A program made the translations under genes and the position numbers. A DNA stretch of 64,000 bases from Camelus dromedarius (taxonomy: Eukaryota), in contig NC_087436.1 of the NCBI RefSeq assembly GCF_036321535.1, positions 77,006,001 to 77,070,000 of the forward strand, read 5' to 3'. This document shows positions 50,976-64,000 of this stretch, in pieces (within the stretch, counting starts at the first letter, position 1; the number at the start of each line of letters is the position of its first letter). Under the pieces are notes generated by a model. The model was given only the letters and a program-made list of their open reading frames with translations, was not told where the DNA came from and did no database searches.

Positions 50976-53900
50976 GCATGATTTCTGAGGCAACAATCAC
51001 ACACTTTTAATATTAAGTATCCAGCCCTTTCAACATAGATTTTTCAGTTATTCCTGTGCAAAATAAGGAAACATTTTTGAAAAGAACCTTATTTTGTCTG
51101 AATGAAGAAATATCCAATATACTTCCAAAATACAGATTCATTTAAACGTTGGTATGTCCCAGATGCTTATTAGCATTGTGAAGTGAATGATTGAAAAGGT
51201 CAAGGGATGTGAAATAGGAGAAGAAATCCTTTAGGCTTTTTTCTTTTTTAAACAGGTGCACCATATCCAGAGAAACAGTTGGTGTAACCCTTATATCCAT
51301 CTTTTTTGTTGATAACTCAGTAGAAAATACTATTTTCAGAAAGTATTGTCTTGCCAGTGAGTTACACATTTACCACTCCTCATTCTTGCCCAGCTATGAG
51401 AATAACCTTAGAGCATTGTAAGGGATCCTGAGGAGCTGACGCCGGCGCCAGTTCTGTTTGCCTCGTGCCTCTCTTCTGCCTCTGAGCCTTTTTACTTAAT
51501 AAATCTGAAAAATGTATTAGTCACAGCGGTTTTGGATTCTGCTTTCCTAAAGCTCTGTTCTAAGAGAGCTGCTTCACTTCTGAAAGAAAATTTCCCTGCT
51601 CTTTGCCGTCTTTCAGCCTGGGCTTTTCCAGACCTAAAATGTCAAACTATCAAACAGATGGAATTACATTTGGCACATTGGTTTGGTAGGGAATGATTCC
51701 ATGTTTTCAGTAGATCTGTAATTGTATTTTTAAAAACAATAGACTTAATAGAAGACTCACTGAATCCAGTTCTCAGTTCTACATCTCAAGTAGCTATTGA
51801 ATTTAGATAAAATATTCAATGCTATAAAATAAAATCAGCACTGGCCATTTGCTAAGGTACCTAGGAAGTTATAGTAGGCCAGATTTTTGTCTAGTAATTC
51901 TTTAGAAGAAAGAGTTTTAGGAACACTTGGATATACTTCAGTACTTTTTTTTTTTTTTTTTGATGCATCTGGGCTAAAGAAGTTAAAACACTTTTTCTAA
52001 CCCCATGTGAGCAGAAGAATAGCTTCCTTTTTGCCAGGGTCCTGTGCCCAAGGAGGAACATATAACAACACTTTGTTTTACCCTTTAAAAGGATTGGCAC
52101 TAGGTTTCCTTTAAGTAGAAGTGTACAAAGATGCATTTCTGTGATTGGAAGTGCATTATTTTTCTTATTGGGTTTTGCACCTACATGACTACAATTATGT
52201 CTTATTGCACTGCTGACTATGGCTCAGGAAAATGTGAGGATGAGTAATGTCAAAACAACTGACCAGGAATCAGGAGTCCTTTTGGTTTCTAAGGCTGGCT
52301 CTGTCACTATCTCTGGCTTTGGGTATTATTTCCATCATCCAACAATTATTTATAAGTACATACTACGAATGGGCAAAGTGCTGGGTCTAGATGTCTAAAC
52401 TTGTAAGAATTCAGTTTCCCCATCTGTAAAATGAAACATTAGTTTTAAGCTGTTAACTTGATTTTTTCTTCTATGATCCAGAGAGCAAAGGTTAACATAT
52501 TTGACCTTTCTTCTGGAGAAATCAGAAATTTTACACATATTTGCACACTTACAGAATGTTTTCTCACTCATAGAGCTGTTCCCTTCTTTTCTAAGTGGTG
52601 TTAATAAAGTCCTGTACATGCCTTAAACTAAGTTTTGAAAGTCACCTTATGTGAAAATTGTGTGTGCATACAGCTTTACAGGAAAATCAGCAGTGGAAAT
52701 GTGACATTGGGCAATTTTCAGTGTGGTGTCATAATTTTAAGTGGCTGGAAATTCCCTCCAGTCTGAATAGAGAGGACTGACAGGATATTTTGTTGCTCTT
52801 GAAAAACTGTTGGATACTAGTCCATGTTTTTCTTTCCTTGTTTAAGAAAAAAAATGACCAATGTACACGGGGACCAGTGAGGCTGTAGCCCAGTTGTGGT
52901 GGCAAATGTTCTTGGTCGCAGTCCCATTATGGGATATGGGCCACTTTATAAACTGCCCTTCGGTGCTTCAGCCCTGTTCACAATCAATCTGCCTCCTCAT
53001 GGTGGAGGGTGACAAGGAGATAGCGGAAACCCTGACCCTGTATTTTTAAATGTATCCTCCTTTTCTTGCCCTGCCCCTCCTAATATGAAGAGTTAAGTAG
53101 CCAAAAGAACAAGTCCACCCAGATCTGGATCCTTTCCTGTTTAGATGGGCTTTGGGGACTGGGATTCCAGAATTCCCTGTTAACAGGGACTCCACACTGC
53201 AGGTATAGGGACCCTGCCTGAGGGGTGGTCAGGCCAGGTGTGGACCCAGATTAAACCTTTGGGCTAGGGTGTCCATATGCACGCACATCAGGGAAGAGAA
53301 GAGAAGGGAGGACGGGCTCCAGGCCATGGAAATACTGGGCTGGGCTGGGCTGGGAGTAAGTATTAACTACTCTTTCTGAGACATCCTCCTATGTGTATGT
53401 TTCCATGGTTATTCCCTCTCTTCTGCCAGGAGCACACATTTTCACAATTTAACTCTAAACCTGGTTAAGCTCTCCCTTTGAGGGAGGAGTGATTGGTGCA
53501 AAAAATCGGAATAACTAACATTTTAGTAAGGCAGAGAGGAAGTAGCAAGTAGAAGGAGAAAAAGGATTTGGGAGGGTACTGGAAATATTTCTTGTCCTTG
53601 GGGGAAGTAATATGGGTATTCACTTTGATATAAATCATTCTGGGTATTTTTCTTTAGGTGTGCTATGATTTTCAATAAACATTTTTTAAAGCTCTGAAAA
53701 AAAAAAAAGCTCTTTGGTCCCCTTTGGTCTCCTCTGCCCCTCATTTACGCATCTCCCAGTCATGTTGGTGATTTCCTGCCAACACCCCTATCACACTGTA
53801 CTCCCATGTTGATCCCTGGCTGCTCACCTGGACTGGGCTCGCTCCTTTGACTGCTTACCCCTCCCCACCCCAAATCAACATGGCTAGGTCTCCATTTGTT

Positions 53901-56900
53901 CCGGGAAATGCTGTGCTGCTGTCAGTAGCTGAATTAATTAAATGCATCTTTAATGATGCATTTACTAATTAATGTGTCCTTTGTTCCAGGCAACAAAGAG
54001 CTTAATCTTGTTAAAAATCTACTTCTGCTCAGAAGGCATTTATAAGAAAAAGAACCTCCAGAGTGAAAGGAAAACTCAGAACTTCCTAGGTTTTAGAAAG
54101 AAGAATCATCTGGTGAGGAATGTTCCCTATGTGTCCGTTTGCTTGGATTTTTCTCATTCTGGTTACAGTTTCCATCACTTCTGTTACCAACATCCCCGGG
54201 CCACTCTCCTCTTGTGTGAGTACAATCTCTTGTCCTTAGTGAGGAGGCAAACTTATTTTTAATACTTTTTTCTTTCTAAATACTAATGTAGAATAAAAGG
54301 GAGATAAACTGATTATAAGAAACATAAAACTTTGCTTACCAAGCACCCTCTGTTTTGCTATAACACAACTGTTGAAATCATAAGAAAGTTTGAGTTCTTA
54401 ATAATCATGTAGGAAAACAATTATTTCAATTGGAAAAGGTAAGAGCCGGGGAAAGAAAGATTCAGATTCAAAACAACAAAGTTATTTTAAGGAGCAACAC
54501 TAATGATCCTTGGCTGGAATTTCAGGTAGGCTGCCAGGGGAGTTTTGGCTGGCAGGCTTGATGCCCTTCAAACCACACCATGTTACGGCTTTCACCTGTG
54601 GATAAAGCTGTTCCTACCGGGCACCGTTGGCAGACGCAGGAGAAGCAAACATTGGATCCGGCTTTCCGGCTGGGGAGACCCAGGCAGGAGCGCCACCCAC
54701 AGGATGCTGGAATAAATGCATTCCTTAGGAAAAGATGAAGCAACATTGAAGAAAAATCCATCTCCAGGCCAGATGCAATGGCCATTCATAATTGGGAAAG
54801 CCAGGTAAAATATGGGGTGGAAGGGCAAAGTTAGATTGTAAGTGGAAGAATAACAAATTTCCTTAGTAATAGAAAGGTCAGAAACTGGTTGGAACACGGT
54901 GTATAAATTAGAGCAATTGGTTCTGGACGAAGCACCTGAACAGTGATCAGAAGCCAGCTGTCATCTGATGTCTCAGGTAGAGAGCCCATGGATTGAAGAG
55001 CTCATGATTTAAAATAAAAAGCAGAAAACATGGCCTCTGTTTTATGTAGCTCATTTCTCTTAATTAACTTTCACTGTTTATGACTTGGAGCTCTAATTTA
55101 TTATCACTGTCTCTCAATAAAGAAAGATATAAAGGAGCTATAGGATTTGACTATGGTTCCCAAATAAATAAATAAATATAACTGGACCTTGATTTTCTAG
55201 AACCCAGGTCAGCACTGTATCTATTAATTGTTCGCTTCTCAGGAAAATTGTCTTTTGAGCAGTTTTTTTCTTGACTCAACAAAAGGTTTGATTACTTTTT
55301 TCTGTTAGTGTCCAAAGACCTACATAAAAATTATATTAGCCTAAAAATTCTATTAATTAAGATTGATTAACATGTGGAGGAACAAATTAGTTATGTAATC
55401 ATGTATATTATAATGGTCAATAAATTATATAGGCCTTTAATAGAAAGTATGCAAGTATTTCATAAATATAATTCTTCACTCTTAAATAATTATGCAGGAT
55501 AGACTTCCAGAAATCAGTAGTTTTAAATTACTTAGTGTATTTTCAGTGTGTTTTAAATTAAAAATTAGATTTCCATCCTGTGTACTAACAGTTATTTGAA
55601 AACTTTGAGTGATTTGGGTTAATCAGAATGATTGCCGAGAGTCACATACATCTTGATAGCTGCCCTTGCAGTAATATTTTAAGGCAAATATCAGATTTTT
55701 AATTAAAGTGAGGGACAATATTCTTAAACTACATTTTTAAAAAATTCAGAAATTTATACTACGCGTACACTCTTTCTGGAATATGTGATCTACTGGGAAA
55801 CATTATAAAAGAACATGGAATGAAAAACTGTTTTGCTCTCCAGAGCAGTTATTGTGAAAGGATCTCAGAGTACTTTGCAATCAATTTTTATTATCAGCCA
55901 GTTACAAAACCCCTCAAAATCCAATAACTGATTCATACAGTAAATAGTAAGTGGAAAGGGGAAAAAAATTAGGAAGCATAGTGCATTACATAAGGTATCA
56001 TAAACAGACCTAAGTTATCATTATTAATGCATTCGGTTATTGATAAGCATGCAGACAGAGCCACATTTTATGTGATAAAATTTTATCACAGACTCACTCA
56101 CAGCCATTTCAGTTGTGTTACTGCCCTCACCTCTGTTTCAATGTCCTATAATGCAAATCACAGACACTGACACTGACGTGCCCTAGGAGGAAACAGTTTC
56201 TGAAGAAATTTGAAATTCTGAGAATAGCAACAATTTTGAAAAAGAATATGTGGGCCAGTAATTATATATGATAGTAGATATTCTGAATGGACATGGAAAA
56301 GTAGAAGTTTAGGAGAAAAGTAAGAAGAATCTGAGAAATAAACACGTTAATGAGGTCCTGATAGAAAAGGCAGCAGCTGGGGGTCCTTTAATATGGTCAC
56401 ACAATAACATGTTTGTGCTATGTTCATTAAAATAAGTTTATTTAATGTGTTTCCTGCTGAAACACTGAATTTGCCAGAAATATTCACTCTTGGTTATTGA
56501 AATTAACATTTTTGTGTGCCTTTGGCTAATGTTAACCACATTATTTTGGCAAATGGTAACAGCTTCTATTTATATAAGCTTCTCCTTTTTTCTTCATAAA
56601 TATATTCTAAGGCGTTAATATATTTAGTGTTCAGATCATTTGGCTAGGGTTAGCTTTATCTGAATTTTCCTAAAAATAATATCCATCTTATCTGCTTTCA
56701 TATTTAAAAATTAAACTGCTGCGTAGATGTGGATGTATTGGGTGGGTAGTGGTGGTGGAGGGAAGAGGTAAGGGAGGGAGAGGGAAAGAGACAATTTTGA
56801 ATAGCAGAGGAGGTGGGAAATACACATTTTTCGACACACTAACACAATGTGATAGTCTTGCCAAGCATGCTGAGATTTGTGGGCATAAAATAATCTAGTA

Positions 56901-58659
56901 CAATATGCATTTTCTTAGGGCAAAGTGCACTGTTGGGGAATGATTCTCTTCTTTCTCCCTCTTCTCAGAGACTTCCTTAGGTTAAACCCAAACACTTAAT
57001 AAATATTTGTTATAATAGAATATAACAGAAATTTGAAGCTAGACGTGATCTCACAGATCATCCAGCCCTAACTCATTCTGTTAGAGAAGACAAAATTATT
57101 TTCTGATTTCTTGAGACATTCTTGCATTCTTTCTATTAAGTCTGTCCTTCACACACAGATCCAATTTTTCTCACCTATATCCCACTCTGTAAATATTTTT
57201 ATCATAGCTCCTTTAAAATTTTATCACAGCTCCTATTAAGTTGTATTTTCTTCATTTATTTACAAACATGTTTCTCAAATCTGCTTAGTTCATCTCCTCC
57301 CTTTCCTTCACTCAACCAACTACTAGTCAAGGCCCTCTGCCTCCCATGCCTAACTTATATTATCCTTATAATACATATAAAGGACCAGGCTTTATTTTTT
57401 GTTGCACTTTTAGGGCCTAGCACAGTGCCTATCCTGGTTTTGTTAAATTATTGCTGAGTGATTAAGTTTATTGATTTGATAAGTGTCATTGGGGAAGATG
57501 GACCAAAACATCTTTTATTGTAATTATCATGATTAATTTATCCATAGTCAGAGAATGTTTGATATCCTGGAGAAGCAGAGCCAAGTTCAACGAGTGAATT
57601 AGCCCTTAGTGGAATTGGCATCCCTTCTTTTAATGCTATTTCTAGAGTGTTAAGTGAAGTCTAGTGATCTTTTTCCCCCTTTCTGTGTTGGCTTGGTTGT
57701 GACTGGGGTTGTATTATTACTATGGCTACAAAAATGCTTTAGTACTTGATGATCTCTGACATCGTACTCAGAGGCTGGGAAGAAGATGTTGGTTTAAAAT
57801 AGATCAAGTTTCTCCTCTGAGGAATCCTATAGAGGTCAGTGCATATTTTGGAGGTGCTAAATATACTCAGAGAAGCAGCTTGTTTCCACCTTGTCTCTAG
57901 AGTTTTAAAGATGTCATTTCTTAATTTCCCCAGAAATCTTATTTGATTTTTTTTGTAACCTTTAAGTCAGTGCCTCATTAGTTTATTAAGTACCAGCAAA
58001 GTGTCATTAAAAAACCAACCACATTGTTGTATTTCTTAATATGAAAATCTTCTGAATTTTATTTAAGGGTAAAAAAATATGCATTGAACTTGAAATCAGT
58101 TGCTCCTCTCTAAAATCCCTCTCCAAAGGTTTCTTGAATCCATCTCTCCTACAGCTATTCTCGGGTTCAAACTCCCCTTGCTTCATTTCTTCCGGATCTA
58201 AGAGACATTCCTGCTACCCCTCTAGTCTTTTACTGCTGTCAGAGTAATCTTCTAAACTACTGTTCTGATGATTACTTCTTTCCAAACCCTTCCTTTGACT
58301 CTCCTCTGCTTGAAGAACACAGCCGAAGTTTCTTAAGTTGACAAATCATACCGTATCATTTTCCCTCTTGTTACACATATCCTGCACTATAATGCAATTT
58401 ACCTGGTCACACATCACTGAACGTAGCTTGTGATTTTCACCTTCAAACTTTAGCACACATGAGTCATTTGCATGGACATTTATTCAGAGCCCCAGATTCT
58501 TGTCTCAATACTTCAAATTTACTGCAAAGGCCATGGTATCCTTTACATTTTCTTTGAATCCCCTGAGTTAGAAGTGATTTTAGCTGCTCTGAATTTGTAT
58601 AGTGCTTCAAAAAAATTGCCTTGAATTGTGTTATTACATTAGCATGAAAAAGTACCTTT

Positions 58660-59110
58660 CTAAAACCAAAAATAGAACTACCATATGACCCAGCAATTCC
58701 ACTCCTGGGTATATATCTGGGGGAAAAAAAGCTAATTTGAAAATACACATGTACCCAAATGTTTGTAGCAGCATTATTTACAGTTGACAAGATATGGAAG
58801 AAACCTGGGTGTCCATCAACAGATGAACGGATAAAGAAGATGTGATACACACACACACATAAAAAGAATACAATTTTACCATTTGCAACAACGTGGATGG
58901 ACCTGGAGGGTATTATGCTAAGTGAAATGTCAGACAGAGAAAGACACTGTATGTTATCACTTATATGTGGAATCTAAAAAATACAGCAAACTAGTGAATA
59001 TAGCAAAAATGAAACAAACTCACAGATATTGAGAACAAGCTGGTGCTTACTAGTAGGGAGAGGGAAGGGGAAAGGGCATTATAGGGGTGAGGGAAGTGAT
59101 GTTTTAGGGT
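58660..59110 (+). mobile_element. L1 3' fragment (ORF2 end and 3' UTR)
   Basis: atagaactaccatatgacccagcaattccactcctgggtatatatc...tggatggacctggagggtattatgctaagtgaaat. Confidence 0.92.
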
Positions 59111-61199
59111 GGAGCCTGATTTCCAGGTTGGCAAAAAGGTTGAGGGAACTTTCAGTGAAATTGTTAGAAGTACCTTATAGAGTCACTGAGAGCCCAAGTT
59201 TTTTCTGTTTCAAATGGCTGTGGCTATTATGTCCATGATCTATCCCACAGCACAGTGGTTTTCAAACATTTACCAGGTGTGGACACCTGTTCTGGGAGCA
59301 GTTCCCTCTGATACTTGGTCTTTCCCTCTTTACACTGTCAGGTGTAGGCCAGGGGAACACTCTGGAGTTACGATACATGATCACATCATGTCTCCATGAC
59401 AGAGATGCTGTGGAACCAGAACTCCTGCTCTTTAGAATAACTGAGACAGTGTGGAAGTCCAGTGATCTCAACACAAGAAATATTTTAAAGAAGTTCAGTG
59501 TGGTCATTATTACAAAGCACAAAAGAGCTCTCCTGGGCTGATGATTAAGCAGTAGTCCTCATCTGCAATCCACAGAAACTTCACAAGCAATGGGGCAACA
59601 TCAGACACAAATCTCTTATCTTTCTAGAGTGATTGTATGTTTTTCTTTCTTGCAATATGGTGGTGTCTTAAGTCCATTTGAATAGAGTTCAAGTTCTTAA
59701 TGTTTAGCATCTCATTAACATAATAAGGCATTCCTCTTCTTACTGTGTCAAAATACCAAAAATATGTTTCCCACTCACTTTCCCAGTTATCATGGTGTAT
59801 TGCTGAATATTTGGAAATAGAAAAGTAGAAAGTTTAATCTGAAATTGTTTTACATACTTCTGCCAGGTAACTATAATACCAAGGTCTGCTTATTTCAAAG
59901 AGATACTGATGTTTAGATTTTCTCTACATTCCGATGACTCTTATTTTTACATTATGCCGTTTCTTAACTCAGTAAACTAAGCTAAATGTGGTATATACTT
60001 TGTTATTCTTACATAGCATGTGCTTCTTTTCTCTTACATTTTGGAGTTGTGTTGTGAATAGACATAATCCTTGCTGGTCCTTTGGCAAAGGATGGAATTT
60101 CTGGGATTGGGTGCTAAATTCAGGTTTCAATCTTTAAAAATCGAGGAGTTTAAGTAGGAATGCATGTTATCCAAAACAAAGTATTTCCCCATTATAACAA
60201 AGACTATGCAATAGGTAATAGAGACTTGCTGGAGCTCATTAATTTCTTTGTTGCCATCCTTTCATTGCAGTTTCTCAGGCACAAGTCTGAAAGTGCTTTT
60301 GAACTTAAACTGAAAGTTAAGAAAAATACAGTTGAATTAGGCTTACTGTCATTCAAGCCTTTCTGTGAAAAACAAGGCCGAGTTTAAAAATTTTCATTTT
60401 TTTTCTTTCAATATTCATAGAAAAACTAAGTTGTTGAAAATCATCCCTGGTGTTTTGAGTTGGAACACTTTACTAGATTGACTGACAGAAAATATTTTCA
60501 TGATTGTTTAACTTTAGATGTTTTAGAGGTTACTTCATCAAAGAGCCATTGACCGAATGGTAGATTTAATGAAATTTCCACTAAGAAGGCATAATCACAA
60601 TGGATCATAACAGAACAACATAGGTCCTTGTAATCAAAGTGCTATAGTTTAGTGAACCCAAAGATTCCTTAGGTGCTTTACAGTTTCTTGAAAGTGATGA
60701 AATCATGACGGAGGAGGACTTCAGACCTAAGATAATAAAAATAAGCTCTCTGGAGGCTTTAACAGTAAAGACACATTTTGTTCAGTAGTACATGATCATC
60801 ACCCAGTCATTTTCACTGTACCTTCTCTCATTCAAGGACATGAGTACTACCTCTTCAAACTCTTTAGCCAAGCATTTAAAGCCTTCCTACCAATTTTCCT
60901 CCTCTGGTCGGCTTCCTTTCCTCTACTCTCCTTACTGGGTCCCTCACAACTGTCAAATCAATGTGCAGTTTTTTCCCACACAGAACCCAATCTCCTTGCC
61001 TCTACTTCTTGGAATTTGCCCTCTCCCCACCACTCCACCTTTGCTCCTTTATTTGTGCTGTTCCCTTTCACAATTTGACATATATTTTTTCCGAATAGAC
61101 ACAAAAAACCAAAAAAATTAACTTTCATAGTTAATTCCATGTGGTCCTTCAAACCATGATCCACATCTGCTTTCTCTTTGTGGGCAAGCAAGAGTAGTA

Positions 61200-61390
61200 A
61201 GTTGTGTTGCTATTTTCATCTTTAAGACTTTGGCCAATCCACTTAGATTCATTGTCTCTATATTATGAATAAATTATACTAGTGCTACTTTACAAGTGGA
61301 TTTGTAGTCATGATTAAATGAAACCATGAAGGTAAAGTATGTGTTTGGAACAGGGCTGGCACATAGTAAAATTTTAATAAATATTATCAT
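61200..61390 (+). mobile_element. MIR SINE
   Basis: atgattaaatgaaaccatgaaggtaaag...gaacagggctggcacatagtaaaattttaataaatatta. Confidence 0.7.
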
Positions 61391-61949
61391 ACTAAAGCAA
61401 ATACATATTTTCCATACATAGCAAGTGGCTGGAACTTTTCCAAGCCTTTTCTTGTGTTCAGTTCATCCATAATTATGCCTTTTTCAGGATGGACTTATAG
61501 AACTCTCTAGATAATAGAGAATACTGAGATTTATGTCCCTTATCAGAATGTCTTAAGTGATGTGGATTTCTTCTTGTTCTTAGGCTATTTGAATTTTCAT
61601 GTCTTTTTAGACATTAGATAATATCAAAGTGTTGGTGGTTGTTAATTTTAGCACAACTGCTAGTTAAAGATGTAATCTGTTGTTGGCACTTAGGACAGTG
61701 CCTGGCATGTAGGATGCCCTAAGTAAATGGTATTATTATTATTAATATTGTTGCTGTATTAGGAGTGTATAGGATTTTTCTCTCCTTTCTTTCTATTCTC
61801 TTAAATTAAACAATTACATTGCATTTAAACATAATGTCCAAAATGCTTTTTAAAACATTTCAGAATATACTCATTAATTAAAAAAAAAGTCAGTGATATC
61901 CTAGAGATTGTCTACATCACTTAAAATTTATACATTTATGGCATTCCAA

Positions 61950-62080
61950 TTTTTTTTTGTGGGGGGGGTAATTGGGTTCATTTATCTATTTAATATTTTT
62001 AGAGGAGATACTGGGGATTCAACCCAGGACCTTGTGCATGCTAGGCATGCACTCTACCATTTGAACTATATCCTCCAGCT
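61950..62080 (-). mobile_element. tRNA-derived SINE (camelid Vic-1-like)
   Basis: ctggggattcaacccaggaccttgtgcatgctaggcatgcactctacca; shares the ggtaatt-containing tail with the copy at 1-135. Confidence 0.85.
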
Positions 62081-62869
62081 GACATCTCAATTTTTGAGAT
62101 GATCTTTTAAAGTTAAGAAAGCTAACTTAAAATGAAGTATCTTACCAGAAGTTTTCATTAAATTTTTTTTTTTGCACTTCTATGAAAATCTTCAAAATCA
62201 CTTCATTAAGCACTTAAAGAGCAGCTACCACAGGCCCGAGGGCTGCACTGTGTGTTGATTCCCAAGGATGATTTGTAGAACATTAAAATCCAAAAATGGT
62301 TTCTGAAAAGTTTGCTGGTTTCCAAGTTGGATTACTTTAAACCCATATTTTTAAAAATGCACAACTTTGTTCTATAGGAAAAGTCTTTAGTAAAAACCTT
62401 TTAATTTCTAATTTACCCTTTAACAAAGGCAACTTCAACAAGCCAAGATCCTTCTTTATGTGTTTACTGAAACTTAAAAAGTAAAAAGAAAAACTCACTT
62501 GGGACCAAAAGAAGTCTTCAAAGATATTTTCATTGTTTCTTTCCTTTGAGAAGTTCATAAATTGTTCCTCTCCAAACATTAGCAATAATTTTAAAAATAA
62601 TTTAACAAAATCATTAATGTATTTTATTATTGGTTTTGGTCACAAGATCATTTCCGGAGACTTCTGTTTTGAGATAATCTCCTTGCAATACTCTCCTTGC
62701 AATAATGAACTTCCAGGTACCTGAGAACTAACCTTGATATTTTTGTCCCTCATAGCATGGTTTTAGAATGAGATTAGAAGCGCTGATCTATAATATTTTG
62801 TCTACATATCCTGGGAGTCTCATACTTCTTAATTTTGGATTGGAATTGGCATCTCTCCTGTGGCTCCAC

Positions 62870-64000
62870 ATTTCGCCGAAGTCCGAGTGAGGTGACGGTG
62901 TGAGACCTGATTTGCAGTGGGTAATTTGAGACGGCGTTCTTAGGAATAAGGCGGAAGCCTGAGCAGTAACAAGACACGGGGGCGGGGTTAACGTCCAAAG
63001 CTGCGCACCGGTTCCCAACTGATTGGAAGGGACGGAGTGGGTGGAACCTTCTGACCCGGGCCGGTGCCTCTGTCGCTAGGGACGCTTCGGCCCAGGTAAC
63101 TGCCATGGATCAGGAAGAGGGGTCGACCACGTTGGACAACATAGTCACTCAGTTCAGCACCTATGAAGATTTCCTGGACTCGCAGATCACTACGGTGGAC
63201 CTGTACTACCTGGAGGTAAGAGCGGCAGCCCCACGGGGCGGCCACCTCCTTCGCGTCCCTCAGGCTCTCCCGAGGCCCAGCGTCGTGGGGTGATCGCCCC
63301 CTGGCGGTGGACCGCGGGGACAGCCGACCCCGAAATACCGACGGCGGCGCCAGAGCTCAGCGGCGGAGAATCGGCGGGTCTTCCCGCCCCGCGCTGCCTC
63401 AGTCGGTGCGGAATTCGGGCCCCAGGTGTCCATCACCCGGCGCAGACCCACGGCCGTGCGCGCGCACGCGCGCACGCAGACCCGCCGCGGGGCCTGGCGT
63501 TCCTGCACGTCGGCCTCCCTCGCCGGCCTCCCTCGCCGCCCCCCCTCGCCGCCCCCCGGCCCGCTCCCCTTCCAAAGTCCCTCTCCGCTGAGGAGGGTGG
63601 CCGGATTCCGAGGCCCGCCGAGACCCTTCCGGCGGGCTGGAATTCAGGTAGGAAACCCTGCTTCTCTTTCCTTTGCCAGTTTGTATGAAAGAATAGAAGC
63701 CAGTATTCTTTCAGATTGCCTCGTGTCGTGCTGGGCATTTGGTTCCACGAATTTCCACCTCACGCTGGTTGATTCAGAAAGCCCTCTAATTACGGGTACG
63801 CGCTACAGGTCGTCCTGCAGGCAATTCCTGACTCCAGTTTATCGGGGTGAAGGATCACAACTAATGTTGAGAGTTAAAAAAAAAAAAAAAGCCTGCAACA
63901 TAGCAAAATCGGACGTAATTGGAATTGCTTCTATCTTCCTCTCAGGACCCCGCCCCCCCCGACCTGCTTCTTGAAGGTGTATGCGTGCTGTGGGGGTGGC
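62870..64000. promoter_or_regulatory. CFAP299: CFAP299 promoter CpG island (GC box near 62978, inverted CCAAT near 63021, X-box-like motifs)
   Basis: CpG-dense sequence with ggggcggggt, ctgattgg, gtcgctagggac and cccaggtaac upstream of the ATG. Confidence 0.85.
63105..63215 (+). CDS. CFAP299: Cilia- and flagella-associated protein 299 (C4orf22), coding exon 1; the gene continues beyond the window
   Basis: Kozak context gccATGG; MDQEEGSTTLDNIVTQFSTYEDFLDSQITTVDLYYLE; donor GAG|gtaaga. The order FGF5-CFAP299 is conserved in mammals. Confidence 0.93.

Noticed and set aside
63260..63974. 94-182 aa ORFs downstream of CFAP299 exon 1
   Set aside because: They lie in the GC-rich start of intron 1 and are CpG-island artefacts.

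Overview
This is mammalian genomic DNA, most likely camelid, judged from the tRNA-derived SINE family and the FGF5 codon numbering. It contains the complete FGF5 gene on the + strand: CpG-island/TATA promoter, three coding exons (6309-6669, 14034-14137, 24891-25238; 813 nt, an intact 270-aa protein) and a long AT-rich 3' UTR. About 38 kb of repeat-rich sequence follows (L1, L2, MIR, MLT1/MLT2 LTRs, MER5A, MER53, Tigger, SINEs), then the CpG-island promoter and first coding exon of CFAP299/C4orf22 (63105-63215). Almost all other ORFs in the track are noise or repeat remnants. I found no confidently new biological system. The most notable points are a 38-codon uORF whose stop overlaps the FGF5 start (ATGA) and which the ORF track misses, a possible recursive-splicing route to FGF5S, wild-type bases at known long-hair mutation sites, a 58-bp tandem duplication in the probable 3' UTR, a young L1 insertion with a perfect 16-bp TSD, and several candidate cis-regulatory modules. 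Repeat names and boundaries come from recognition by eye and are approximate.
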